Below are positions 1-8,732 of a stretch of DNA of 41,803 nt, in pieces. This stretch comes from a virus, in the UHGV virus genome UHGV-1359168, one strand, 5' to 3'. How positions within the stretch are numbered: position 1 is the first letter of the stretch; every line of letters begins with the position of its first letter. Both the position numbers and the translations under genes were made by a program. The notes under the pieces are model-generated. The model was given only the letters and a program-made list of their open reading frames with translations. It was not told the origin of the DNA and did no database searches.

Positions 1-763
1 GTTTAAACCGCACGGACGTCATCCACGCTGTACCCTCTCCGTTAGGGACATCACGCGGGTGTCTATACTCCAGCTTCTGCGGTATTATTTTATCTATGGC
101 TTGAGCTAATTCTGCTTCGGATAGTTGTTTGAGGTTGTTTATGTTCAGGATATAACCTAGCGTGCTGTGCGCCATTACTTCTGGGTTGTAGTCGCTCGCT
201 GTCGTTAGCGTGGTGGTTTCGCTCTGAACTAGCAGTTGTGCTTTCGCCGCGCACATATACAAATACGCCTTAACACCTAGCGGTATGCGCTTTTGAGGGA
301 GAGCTGTAAGCGGCGGCGTTAGTAGCGTCTTAGTGTGGTTCGCAGGCGTAGCTAGGTAAATTAGCGCATTATCTAGCTGGATATCTATGTTTGCACGCTT
401 GGCCCATTTACGTATCTGGGACAGCTCCTGCGCGTCCTCCTCGTTATAAGCGTAGAGTATGTGCCCACCTTTCAAGTCTGACTTAGCTATGTAGTCCGCC
501 GAGTAGTTATCTATGGTGAGCAGCTGCTCAAACATCTCTGTATTATCCACATCTATGCCGATAAAGTCGCGCCTCGCTATCGCGCAGAGTAGCGGAGTGT
601 TTTGGGTATTTCTGGTTGTGGTATATTGTAGCCACCCTTTTTGCGGGAAACCTGGGTCTGTTTTCTTGCCATCAGGCTTACGCTCCAGCGTTTGAGCTGT
701 AAGAGGGACTGTGTAAAATATGTCTGTATAGTTATGCACTGTGGCCACTTCTGTATTTGCCAT
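1..763 (-). CDS. Primase-polymerase (PrimPol) domain, N-terminal part of a primase/helicase. ATG at 763-761; the reading frame runs off the window start with no stop.
   Basis: Manual reverse-strand translation gives MANTEVATVHNYTDIFYTVPLTAQTLERKPDGKKTDPGFPQKGW...ARRDFIGIDVD...KGGHILYAYNEE... with no stop down to position 1. FIGIDVD (hhhDhD) and GGHILY (sGxH) are the PrimPol catalytic motifs I and II. The ORF track does not list it because it has no stop inside the window. Confidence 0.7.
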   Translation of the reverse strand, partial: MANTEVATVHNYTDIFYTVPLTAQTLERKPDGKKTDPGFPQKGWLQYTTTRNTQNTPLLCAIARRDFIGIDVDNTEMFEQLLTIDNYSADYIAKSDLKGGHILYAYNEEDAQELSQIRKWAKRANIDIQLDNALIYLATPANHTKTLLTPPLTALPQKRIPLGVKAYLYMCAAKAQLLVQSETTTLTTASDYNPEVMAHSTLGYILNINNLKQLSEAELAQAIDKIIPQKLEYRHPRDVPNGEGTAWMTSVRFK

Positions 764-771
764 AATGCCAC

Positions 772-1200
772 CTATTTACTTGCATTAACTATGGATTGTG
801 TATTATGTGCGGATTGCGATGGCGTCGGAACAGGCGGCAGCTCCTGCCCTATTTGTGAGCTATAGCTAACTATGTAGTCCTGGATTTCTTTAGGCAGGAG
901 CGAGAGCAGGTTAGTATCCTCAGATAGGGAGATTATATCCTCTAGGGCTGGAAGTATATCAATTTTATAATTTTTTAGATAGACGCTGTTTATCGTATCC
1001 ATTATCTTAGCGGTTGTATTTGTGTATAAAGCTAGGGCTGTGATATATTGCTTCAGGTTAGGATACAGCGCTTGTATATGCGCATTTTGTGGACGGGTGT
1101 TAAGTGCTCGTATTTTAAGCTGGCTCTGTTGGATATAAAAACATTTAGCCAGGGTTTCATCTTTAAAAGAGTGTTTAAGCTCTAAGAGGGTTAAGACCAT
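772..1200 (-). CDS. Hypothetical protein, 142 aa, immediately upstream of and translationally coupled to the PrimPol gene.
   Basis: ORF track entry. Its stop at 772 is 9 nt from the PrimPol ATG at 763. No recognisable motif. Confidence 0.5.
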   Translation of the reverse strand: MVLTLLELKHSFKDETLAKCFYIQQSQLKIRALNTRPQNAHIQALYPNLKQYITALALYTNTTAKIMDTINSVYLKNYKIDILPALEDIISLSEDTNLLSLLPKEIQDYIVSYSSQIGQELPPVPTPSQSAHNTQSIVNASK

Positions 1201-1619
1201 TTTTATTAAGCTCGCTTTCTATTCATTATTTACGTTATTATATCTAATTTATTCTTAAAATTAGATTAATTTTCTTTATTTTCTTTATTATTTATTTCTT
1301 AATATGGCAGAGGGCATTTAGATAGCTAACTAAGTGGGCTAAAGTTGGGTAAACTAGGTAGTAGCTGCTAGTTCTGGGACCCCGCTAGTTGGCGTGAGAT
1401 TTTTCTGGACGCTGTGAGATTTTCTTCAGGCGTGGGCGCGCGAGAACTCCCTAGGCGGTATTTATATTATGTAAAATAGTTGGTATTATGGTAAATCTGG
1501 ATAAGCGTGGAGCGGGATATGCTGTGATATTGATAATGATTCTCAGATTATAGCGTCGAAAAATTTTGATAGTTGATAATCATTATAGATTATCATAAAG
1601 CGATAATAATGATAAAAGC

Positions 1620-1900
1620 TTAAAAGTCAATAAATCACTATCAATAATAAAGCTAGTTGATAATCGTGTTTCAAATTGTTACAAATCAATAAATCAACTT
1701 TAAGATTGAGTTAAGAAAATAAATCAATAAATCAAGAAAAATCAAAAAATCAACATTTTCATTATTCGCTTATAATTCTAAAATATTTTAATACTTGATT
1801 TTTTAGATTTAATTGATTTATTTGATTTAAACTCGATTTATCAATAGTTTCGCGTAAATCACTAGCTAAAAATCGCTCGATTTTTTCGATTTATAACTTA
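1620..1900. repeat. Putative replication origin: direct AATAAATCA/AAATCAA iterons (about 1627-1754), an AT-rich spacer, then the same motif inverted (TGATTTAT, about 1796-1845) and short AAATCG/CGATTT palindromes.
   Basis: Read directly: caataaatca, caaatcaataaatcaac, aaataaatcaataaatcaagaaaaatcaaaaaatcaac, then ttgatttatttgatttaaactcgatttatcaatag. The region is non-coding and lies about 0.9 kb from the PrimPol/SF3 primase-helicase gene. Confidence 0.4.
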
Positions 1901-2099
1901 GTTTGCTTAGTTTTAGCTTAGACGCTTATAATGATAACGCTTATCAATAATTTTCTAGCTACACTAGATTTAGATTAAAGAATTAAGCGCAATTAAATTG
2001 CAATGATAGTTTTAAAAGCATTTGGGCGCGTTTTAAAGCATTTCAACGATATAGCAATATAATAGTATTAGCTCGCTATTGAATTGCATTTAAATTAAC

Positions 2100-2167
2100 G
2101 CTAGATGATTTTTAACGTTAGATGATTTTTAACGCTAGATGATTTTTATAGTTAGATGATTAGATAA
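2100..2167. repeat. Four tandem 17-bp direct repeats, (g/t)(c/t)tagatgatttttaac.
   Basis: gctagatgatttttaac gttagatgatttttaac gctagatgatttttata gttagatgattagataa. There are no spacers, so this is not a CRISPR array. Confidence 0.8.
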
Positions 2168-2350
2168 GTGTAAATTGATAATGATTATTAAATTAAATTT
2201 CATTGTATAGAAATGATTAAATTAAGTTTGATTATAATAATCATTATCGTTTAACATTGATTTAAAATATTTAACGTTTATTAATAATCGAAATAAAGCT
2301 ATCTAGCGTTGATTTTAAGAGTGTTTGAGTTTATAGAGTATATTTTATCG

Positions 2351-2392
2351 TTTGAAGTTTTAAAAGCGCGCTATCGAAGCGTTAGCGCGCTT
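2351..2392 (-). terminator. Putative rho-independent terminator after the 156-aa gene: 10-bp perfect stem aagcgcgcta/tagcgcgctt with a 9-nt loop, followed on the minus strand by TTTTAAAAC.
   Basis: The inverted repeat at 2364-2373/2383-2392 sits 10 nt downstream of the minus-strand stop at 2402. The U-run has only 4 T. Confidence 0.45.
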
Positions 2393-2401
2393 AGTTTTGA
2401 T

Positions 2402-2872
2402 TTATTCTTTATCGTCTGATTTATTTCTTTGTTTGCAATTTTCAAGATAATAAATTTTATCTTTTTCATAATCATACGTTGTCGAGTCGTGCATTAACGC
2501 TTTTTTCTCTTTGATTATATCTGCGAGCTTTGATATTTCGCTAGCGTCTGCGTTTGTTTGAATTAGATTTAATAAATCGTTTTCAAGACGCTTTACTTCA
2601 CTTCGTCTTTGATTAGATATAAAGCTCGCAGCGCGACAATAGCTTTTTTTCGCTATCATCTCGTCGTCGCGCTCAAAACGTTGATGATATTTGCAAAATC
2701 TCATCAAACATTGATTTTCATCGCTGTAATAATCTGCGTGCTTGACTTCTCGCGCTTTGCGAGTTGTTAGCTCTTGTAAAAGATTATCAAACTCTGATTT
2801 TGCACTTTTAGAGAGTTTAGCACTCTCAACTATTGAGTTTAATTTACTTACTAGCTCTGATTTACTTAACAT
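2402..2872 (-). CDS. Hypothetical early protein, 156 aa, with a Cys/His-rich central region (CLMRFCKYHQRF...SYC); possible zinc binding.
   Basis: ORF track entry. An AGAGAGA-type ribosome-binding site precedes the ATG (gaaaagagagataaaacaATG). Four tandem promoter copies lie upstream. Confidence 0.55.
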   Translation of the reverse strand: MLSKSELVSKLNSIVESAKLSKSAKSEFDNLLQELTTRKAREVKHADYYSDENQCLMRFCKYHQRFERDDEMIAKKSYCRAASFISNQRRSEVKRLENDLLNLIQTNADASEISKLADIIKEKKALMHDSTTYDYEKDKIYYLENCKQRNKSDDKE

Positions 2873-2940
2873 TGTTTTATCTCTCTTTTCTTATTAGATT
2901 TAGCAAAGATTATGCGCGCTTTAATCTTAGCTTTGATGAA

Positions 2941-3176
2941 ATTATATCATAAGTTTGCTTAAATTAAACTGAATTAAACTCGATATATTTTCATCAAAAC
3001 TAAATCTTGTTTTGATATTTAGCATTATAACATAATCTTACTTAAATTAAACTGAATTAAACTTAATCAGATTATGCGCTTTAGCGTAATTTGATATTAT
3101 AGCATAATTTTTCGATTTTGTCAAGTTGATAGCGATTATCAATTAGTGATAATATCGAAAAGCTTATATTATAACA
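2941..3176 (-). promoter_or_regulatory. Tandem array of four extended -10 promoter elements (TGnTATAAT on the minus strand) at 2941-2949, 3024-3032, 3096-3104 and 3168-3176, spaced 72-83 bp apart, all directed at the 2872 gene.
   Basis: Plus-strand attatatca / attataaca / attatagca / attataaca read on the minus strand as TGATATAAT / TGTTATAAT / TGCTATAAT / TGTTATAAT. Three copies are followed on the plus strand by a cttaaattaaactgaattaaac-like motif. Confidence 0.45.
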
Positions 3177-3443
3177 TAAGTTTGCTTAAAGTTTGCTTAA
3201 AGAACATTAATCTAAATCAAGCGCAATTAAGTTTAATTTATTGCGCTTTGTTTAAATTAAATCTCGTTGATTAGATAGAGATTATCTAATTCTCTATCAA
3301 GTTTTAACATTTTGATAACGTTTCGCTTTTAACGATAGCTTCATCGTTGAAACGTTATCGTTTAAATATTTCTCTAAAAATAGAAACTCTTTTATTTTAT
3401 AGTGCATTTGCGCGCTGTCTAGCATTTCGTTATATTCTTTTAA

Positions 3444-3588
3444 AAGTCGCTCGAGTGAATTAAATCATATTCAAAAACTTGATTTAATTCATCAAGAATA
3501 TTAAATAATTCTAGCTTTTCAATAGCTAACTTATATTTTAGAGCGTAAAAAGTTTGCTCAAACTGATTATATCTGTCGTAATTCATTG
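3444..3588 (-). CDS. Small hypothetical protein, 48 aa (MNYDRYNQFEQTFYALKYKLAIEKLELFNILDELNQVFEYDLIHSSDF).
   Basis: Manual translation. It uses the same AGAGAGA-type ribosome-binding site as the two neighbouring minus-strand genes (gagagagataaaacaATG). It is below the length cutoff of the ORF track. Confidence 0.4.
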
Positions 3589-3622
3589 TTTTATCTCTCT
3601 CTTTACTTAAATTAAGTTGAAT

Positions 3623-3928
3623 TTAGATGATATATTCTAATATTTCATCTAAATAAACGCTTTTAAATTCTTTGCTTATATTTTCTTTGATTTCATTTAA
3701 ATCTAATTCGTCAATCTGATAATAATGCGCGATTTTAATCATAATCGCATTTATCAAATATAATCTATCTTGAATATCGCGTAATGCTTTTTCTGCTTCT
3801 TGATATTCAACAAATATAAAAGACTGATTAGCAAAATCAATCATCTTTTGATTATATTCGCGAATAAACTTATTATTTAGTTTATTCAACTTCAAAAACG
3901 CATTTAGATATTTATCATCATCTAGCAT
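3623..3928 (-). CDS. Hypothetical early protein, 101 aa.
   Basis: ORF track entry. AGAGAGAGA ribosome-binding site. An extended -10 element (TGATATAAT on the minus strand) at 3963-3971 lies 35 bp upstream. Confidence 0.55.
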   Translation of the reverse strand: MLDDDKYLNAFLKLNKLNNKFIREYNQKMIDFANQSFIFVEYQEAEKALRDIQDRLYLINAIMIKIAHYYQIDELDLNEIKENISKEFKSVYLDEILEYII

Positions 3929-3962
3929 TTTATTTTTTCTCTCTCTTTTGATTTATGATAGA

Positions 3963-3990
3963 ATTATATCATCAATTTACTTAAATTAAA
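3963..3990 (-). promoter_or_regulatory. Extended -10 promoter (TGATATAAT on the minus strand) with the cttaaattaaactgaattaaa upstream motif, driving the 3928 gene.
   Basis: Plus-strand attatatcatcaatttacttaaattaaactgaattaaat. Same element family as 2941-3176. Confidence 0.45.
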
Positions 3991-4135
3991 CTGAATTAAA
4001 TAACATTTGTAAAAATATTTTCAAGCTAGAAAAATCGCTTATATAATATGTTACGCGAATAGCATAATTTTGCTTAAGAAACGCTTAAATTGCAACATTA
4101 TCAAATAGACTTAATTATGATAGTGACGTAGATTA

Positions 4136-4270
4136 TAATAATCGTTATCAATAAGCGTTTCACGTGAAACTTAAGTGCTAAAATGCGATGTGGCAGATTG
4201 CGTTTCAAGCTAGACGTTAAATTAAATTAAATATAATAATCGTTATCAATAAGCGTTTCACGTGAAACTT
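4136..4270. repeat. Two perfect 38-bp direct repeats (4136-4173 and 4233-4270), ataataatcgttatcaataagcgtttcacgtgaaactt, each containing the 14-bp perfect palindrome gtttcacgtgaaac.
   Basis: Read directly. The repeats lie about 400-550 bp upstream of the TerS start, so they are candidate operator or pac-type protein-binding sites. Confidence 0.8.
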
Positions 4271-4682
4271 TGCGAGATGTGTTGAAAATATCGAGATTAT
4301 TTTGGTAAGGTCTGGAAATTTGGAGTGGGTGCGACAAAGCGATGCGAGAGTTTACGCCGACAGAACACTCCAAAATCCGCAACTCCATTTCGGAATTATT
4401 ATTCAATTAAATCTAATTCAACGGAATAATAACCTAATTCAACGAAATATAACCCATTTTCACGGACGCACCACTCCAAATCTAACAGCTTGTAATCTAT
4501 ATCACAAAATAATAAAAATTTTCACGAAATTATTATTCAATTAACTTTAATTGCAACATAATTTTAATTAAACTTAATAGAATATCAACTACGGCCTGCA
4601 AACTCTAGTTATCATTAGCTCACATAAGCAAAGCTTAAGTTAAACTTAGCTATACTTACAGAAAAACCATAAAGGAGTATCC

Positions 4683-5147
4683 GTGGCTAAAGCACCGAAA
4701 CCGGTCCCAGTCGCACTCTTAAACCTTATAAAGTTAGAGTATGAAGCAGGGTCGGAGATAGAAACAGTATTAGATAAGTATAAAGTTACGAGGGAGCAGA
4801 TTGGAGAGCCTGAGTGGCTTACTAGACCTAGAGTTACGGTCTTGCCGGCATCTCAGCAACCGCTAGCGCCTGCTGTAGTTACTATAGCTCCTCCAGCACA
4901 AGAAGCACAGGAGCAGGACGAGAGTGTAACCCGCGTGCTAGAGAAAATTAGTTCGTTCAAGGAGAAGGCGGTTGACTATGCCCTAGATATGATGTCGATG
5001 GTTGGGGATACTAAGGAGCTTAAAGACCTAATAAGTTCGGTCACAGCGATAGAGGCGACTTACAAAGACTTGAGGCCTAAGGATAATACTCCGGTCATAA
5101 ACATAGCTATACAGAATTTGGTGGATAGGTTCCGTGATGATTGCTGA
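4683..5147 (+). CDS. Putative terminase small subunit, 154 aa.
   Basis: Strong ribosome-binding site (taaaggagtatccGTG). It directly precedes and overlaps the large terminase gene. Size and position are typical of TerS; there is no motif-level support. Confidence 0.4.
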   Translation: MAKAPKPVPVALLNLIKLEYEAGSEIETVLDKYKVTREQIGEPEWLTRPRVTVLPASQQPLAPAVVTIAPPAQEAQEQDESVTRVLEKISSFKEKAVDYALDMMSMVGDTKELKDLISSVTAIEATYKDLRPKDNTPVINIAIQNLVDRFRDDC

Positions 5148-6735
5148 GGATAAGAACGACGAGCTGAAGTCGAGGGAGCTTACAGAACAGTATTCGGCGG
5201 CGCAGACATCGCTCACGCAGGAGCAGCAGGAGTTTATGGACAGTAAGCTCGGGTCTAAGTTGTGGAGAATGAATAATCTCTATACAATACGGGATAAGAA
5301 CGGCGTTAAGAGGATATTGACACTAAATCACAGCCAGAATAAGGTGCTTACGCAGTTTAAACACAACCGCAAAATAATACTCAAGAGTAGGCAGCAGGGT
5401 ATATCGACGCTATTTCTGGCATATTACCTAGATGACTGCCTGTTTAAGCCAGGGTTTCAGGCAGGTATCCAGAGCTACGGTCAGGACGAGGCTGAAAAGC
5501 TGTCGGATAGGGCGCTGTTGATGTGGGAGGACTTAGACCCTGACATAAAGACACTACTCAACCTAAAGTTAGTGGCGAATAACTCGAAGCGTATGATGTT
5601 TAGCAACGGTTCTATCCTCAAGATAGGTAACTTCCGTGGGGATACACTCCAGGGATTACACGTGTCCGAGCTAGGTAAGATAGCTAAGAAATACCCTGAT
5701 AAGGCGAAAGAGCTTAAAACGGGTGCGTTCCAGGCTGTAGGTAATGATAATAAGATAACTATTGAGAGCACAGCAGAGGGTCGCAACGGGCTATTTTATG
5801 AGATGTGGCTTAAAGCGTATAATAAGTCGAAACTATCGCGCGACCTCAACCAGCTTGAGTTTCAGGCGGTATTTCTCAGCTGGGTGGAGGACCCGGACTG
5901 TAACCTTAGTTCAAAAGTAGATATAAATGCAGCGATGTTGGAGTATTTTACTAAGGTTGAGCAGGAGTATGGCATAACACTAACTAACTCACAGAAGTGG
6001 TGGTATGCGTCTAAGTATGAAGAGCTAGGATACGAGATAAAGCAGGAGTATCCGACGACACCCGAAGAAGCATTCGAGCAGTCGCTAGAGGGTTCTATCT
6101 ACAAGAAAGAGTATGACGCCTTATATTTGTCAAAGAGAGTGCTCCCTAGTTTACACTATCACGGAGTGCCTGTAATGGTCAGCTACGATATAGGTGTTAA
6201 TGACGAGACGGTGCTAGTTTTCTCACAGGTTGTGGATGGTGTCCCTAGGGTTATAGACTGCTACGCAGCGAGCGGGGAAAATTTAGAGCACTATGTTGAG
6301 GTTATGTGGGCACTTAAACGCGATAAAGGGTATAACATACAAGATGTAGTTCTCCCGCACGATGCGATGGTAAGGGAGTTTAGCACCGGTAAAACTAGAT
6401 TAGAGAAGTTTCTGGAGCTTGGAGTGCCTGCTCGCGTGTTAAAGCGCATAAGCATAGATGATGGGATAAGTGCTACAAGGGATTTTCTGAACGTTGCGCT
6501 GATAGATGATAGTTGCGAAACCCTACTACTAGCTTTGCAGCAATACCACTGGAAGTTTGACACTAGATTAGGTGTATCGCTACGCACTCCAGAGCACGAT
6601 TGGACTTCTAACTATATGGATAGCCTGCGCTATACAGCGATAGCGGCGAATTATACCAAAAAAGAGCTCGTAGCAGATGACGAGATGGGCTACCCTGATG
6701 ATTATTACCAAGAGGACGAGTATTCAGGGCTTTAA
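5134..6735 (+). CDS. terL: Terminase large subunit, 533 aa.
   Basis: ATPase motif ILKSRQQGISTLFLAYYL (Terminase_6-type KxRQxGxS Walker A) and a C-terminal RNaseH-like nuclease region (VSYDIGVNDETVLVF... with Asp residues). Confidence 0.85.
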   Translation: MMIAEDKNDELKSRELTEQYSAAQTSLTQEQQEFMDSKLGSKLWRMNNLYTIRDKNGVKRILTLNHSQNKVLTQFKHNRKIILKSRQQGISTLFLAYYLDDCLFKPGFQAGIQSYGQDEAEKLSDRALLMWEDLDPDIKTLLNLKLVANNSKRMMFSNGSILKIGNFRGDTLQGLHVSELGKIAKKYPDKAKELKTGAFQAVGNDNKITIESTAEGRNGLFYEMWLKAYNKSKLSRDLNQLEFQAVFLSWVEDPDCNLSSKVDINAAMLEYFTKVEQEYGITLTNSQKWWYASKYEELGYEIKQEYPTTPEEAFEQSLEGSIYKKEYDALYLSKRVLPSLHYHGVPVMVSYDIGVNDETVLVFSQVVDGVPRVIDCYAASGENLEHYVEVMWALKRDKGYNIQDVVLPHDAMVREFSTGKTRLEKFLELGVPARVLKRISIDDGISATRDFLNVALIDDSCETLLLALQQYHWKFDTRLGVSLRTPEHDWTSNYMDSLRYTAIAANYTKKELVADDEMGYPDDYYQEDEYSGL

Positions 6736-6794
6736 GCTTAGTTTAAGTTGAAATATGCTATACTTACGATAAAATACTATAGAAAGGGCTACAA

Positions 6795-7550
6795 ATGGGT
6801 GAAAATGGTAATCCAGAACAGGACGTTAAAACTCCTGATACACTAGATACTGCTACCAGCACAGGAGATAGGGACTACGACGTTTCTAATTTCCTTAAGA
6901 ATATTGAGGAGAATATGCCAAAAGACGCTGACGCGGTAGAATACTACAAGAATAAGTTAATTGAGGCAGAAAAGAGGAGACGTGGCACTGTCGCAGGCTT
7001 CACTAAAAGCCAACAGCAGTTGAAAGCTGTGGAAGCTCAAGCTTCATTTTTGCGGGATAAGGTTGCAGCGCAGATAAAGCTTACACCTGAGCAACAGGAA
7101 GAGCTAGATACTCTGAAACTAACAGACCCAGACCAATGGCGCACTAAGATTGACGCCTATGAGGTATCTGCTAAGAAGCAGTTTGAGGACAGCATAGTTA
7201 AGGAGTTAGAGCGCATAAAGAGCCTAAGCGCAGAGGAGTTTGAGAGGGAGAGATTGGCAGAGCAGCTTAAGGAATTTATTACCGCTAATCCTGAACTTAA
7301 TCTTACAAAGGACGAAATCGCAGACCAAATTCCTCCTTTGTATATGAAAAGGCTAGCACGGGGAGAGATTTCTTTCGAGGAGTTTTTAGGTTTGACTAAG
7401 AAATTCCTAACGGCTCCAGAAAAAACATTAGCTAGGGAAGTGCCTTCAGCAAACGGCACAAATATTAGCGGTGTTAGAGGGTCAAGCAATGCTCCTGCTA
7501 AAGCAGAGGTGTCCAATATATTGGATAATGAGAAAACTATAACGTTCTAA
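6795..7550 (+). CDS. Putative scaffolding protein, 251 aa: acidic and coiled-coil-rich.
   Basis: Position between TerL and the capsid-like gene. Composition is rich in E/K/Q with heptad-like stretches. Assignment is by position only. Confidence 0.35.
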   Translation: MGENGNPEQDVKTPDTLDTATSTGDRDYDVSNFLKNIEENMPKDADAVEYYKNKLIEAEKRRRGTVAGFTKSQQQLKAVEAQASFLRDKVAAQIKLTPEQQEELDTLKLTDPDQWRTKIDAYEVSAKKQFEDSIVKELERIKSLSAEEFERERLAEQLKEFITANPELNLTKDEIADQIPPLYMKRLARGEISFEEFLGLTKKFLTAPEKTLAREVPSANGTNISGVRGSSNAPAKAEVSNILDNEKTITF

Positions 7551-7561
7551 AAGGAATTAAA

Positions 7562-8719
7562 ATGGCAAAACAAAGCACAGGTATCCTTCGATACGGCAAC
7601 GCGCTTGAGCGCAAAGGCTGGATGGTCGAGGGTATGATACAAAAAGCCTCCGAGAGTTTCTGGAGAGGCTTAACAGGCAATAGCCACGACGCAATTATCT
7701 ATCAGAAAAACGATTTCAGCGCAAAAGTAGGTCATAACATCATATTTGACTACAGCGGCAACCTAGCAACTGCCGGCTTTAGAGGTAAAGAGCAGGCGTT
7801 CGGTAACAGCCCAGCGAAAATGAAGTTCAGCGATAGCTTGACCCTAGAGTTTGGACGTTATACTGTAGATAACGGTATGGAGTTCGACGCAGAGGCTATA
7901 GGTGATATTGACCTAAGCACGCACGCAGATAGCCGCGAGAAACTAGCGGACAACTTCGTAAGGGCTAAAGACCAGATGTTCTTTGACTTGGGTCAAGGTT
8001 ATCTAAGAGGACAAGCTCCATCTCACATAATCAGACCTAACGGCAGAGCTAATATAGGTGCGCTTACAGCAGGTGATAAACTTAGCTGGGATTTCCTAGT
8101 TCAGCTAGAAACTACTATCAAAACAGGTATAGGTTACACAGTAGGTAGCCGCAGAAGCCCAATGAAACCGTTTAAATTGGCGGATGGTCGCAAAGTTTGG
8201 TTGCTAGTTCTTGACGCGTTCCAGATTGCTGACTTGCTAGAGGATGAAAAATTCCAGAGAATTTATCAGCACGCTGAAGTTCGCGGTATAGATAACGCGC
8301 TAATTAGCCACAACGTAACACAAGTTGGCTCATTTGTGATTGTAGAGGCTAGCACATTTGCAGGTATGTCTATAAATAACAAACTATTTAAAACAGCGGT
8401 TGAAATCCAAGGACTTCGCACAATCGACGAGCACGGCGTATTTAGCGGAACAGGTAAAGCACATACAGGTAAGGTTGCATCTCGCGGCTTAGTTCTAGGT
8501 GCTGGAGCGTTCCAACTAGGTATGGGCCATACTCCAGACTATAAATTCCAAGAGAGCCAAGACTTTGGTATTACTAGCGAGAGTGCGGTATTGCTTACAA
8601 TGCAGGCTGATAAATGCCGTCTAACAGCAGAAACTGAGGACTATAAAGAGGCCAAAGTAGCTAATATGGACTATTCAGTGGCTGTTATAGATACATTTAA
8701 CGCTAAACTTAGCAATTAA
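7562..8719 (+). CDS. Putative major capsid protein, 385 aa.
   Basis: Strong ribosome-binding site (aaaggaattaaaATG). Size and position after the scaffold-like gene are typical of HK97-fold major capsid proteins. I did not recognise a definitive motif. Confidence 0.5.
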   Translation: MAKQSTGILRYGNALERKGWMVEGMIQKASESFWRGLTGNSHDAIIYQKNDFSAKVGHNIIFDYSGNLATAGFRGKEQAFGNSPAKMKFSDSLTLEFGRYTVDNGMEFDAEAIGDIDLSTHADSREKLADNFVRAKDQMFFDLGQGYLRGQAPSHIIRPNGRANIGALTAGDKLSWDFLVQLETTIKTGIGYTVGSRRSPMKPFKLADGRKVWLLVLDAFQIADLLEDEKFQRIYQHAEVRGIDNALISHNVTQVGSFVIVEASTFAGMSINNKLFKTAVEIQGLRTIDEHGVFSGTGKAHTGKVASRGLVLGAGAFQLGMGHTPDYKFQESQDFGITSESAVLLTMQADKCRLTAETEDYKEAKVANMDYSVAVIDTFNAKLSN

Positions 8720-8732
8720 GAAAGGATAATAA

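Noticed and set aside
513-865. Track ORFs 513-695(+), 577-771(-) and 641-865(+).
   Set aside because: All overlap the long, motif-bearing PrimPol reading frame (763 to 1, minus strand) in other frames or on the opposite strand. They are shadow ORFs without ribosome-binding sites.
2100-2167. Possible CRISPR array.
   Set aside because: The 17-bp units are directly adjacent with no unique spacers; these are simple tandem iterons.
4302-4544. 80-aa plus-strand ORF inside the control region.
   Set aside because: It lies entirely within the direct and inverted repeat cluster (ccactccaaat / attattattcaattaa repeats). Its product is low-complexity (IIQLNLIQRNNNLIQRN) and there is no ribosome-binding site. 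More likely non-coding regulatory DNA.
6795-8719. Prohead protease between TerL and the capsid gene.
   Set aside because: No serine-protease (S49/ClpP/HK97 gp4-like) catalytic motifs were recognisable in the 251-aa or 385-aa proteins. The scaffold and capsid assignments stay as low-confidence positional calls.
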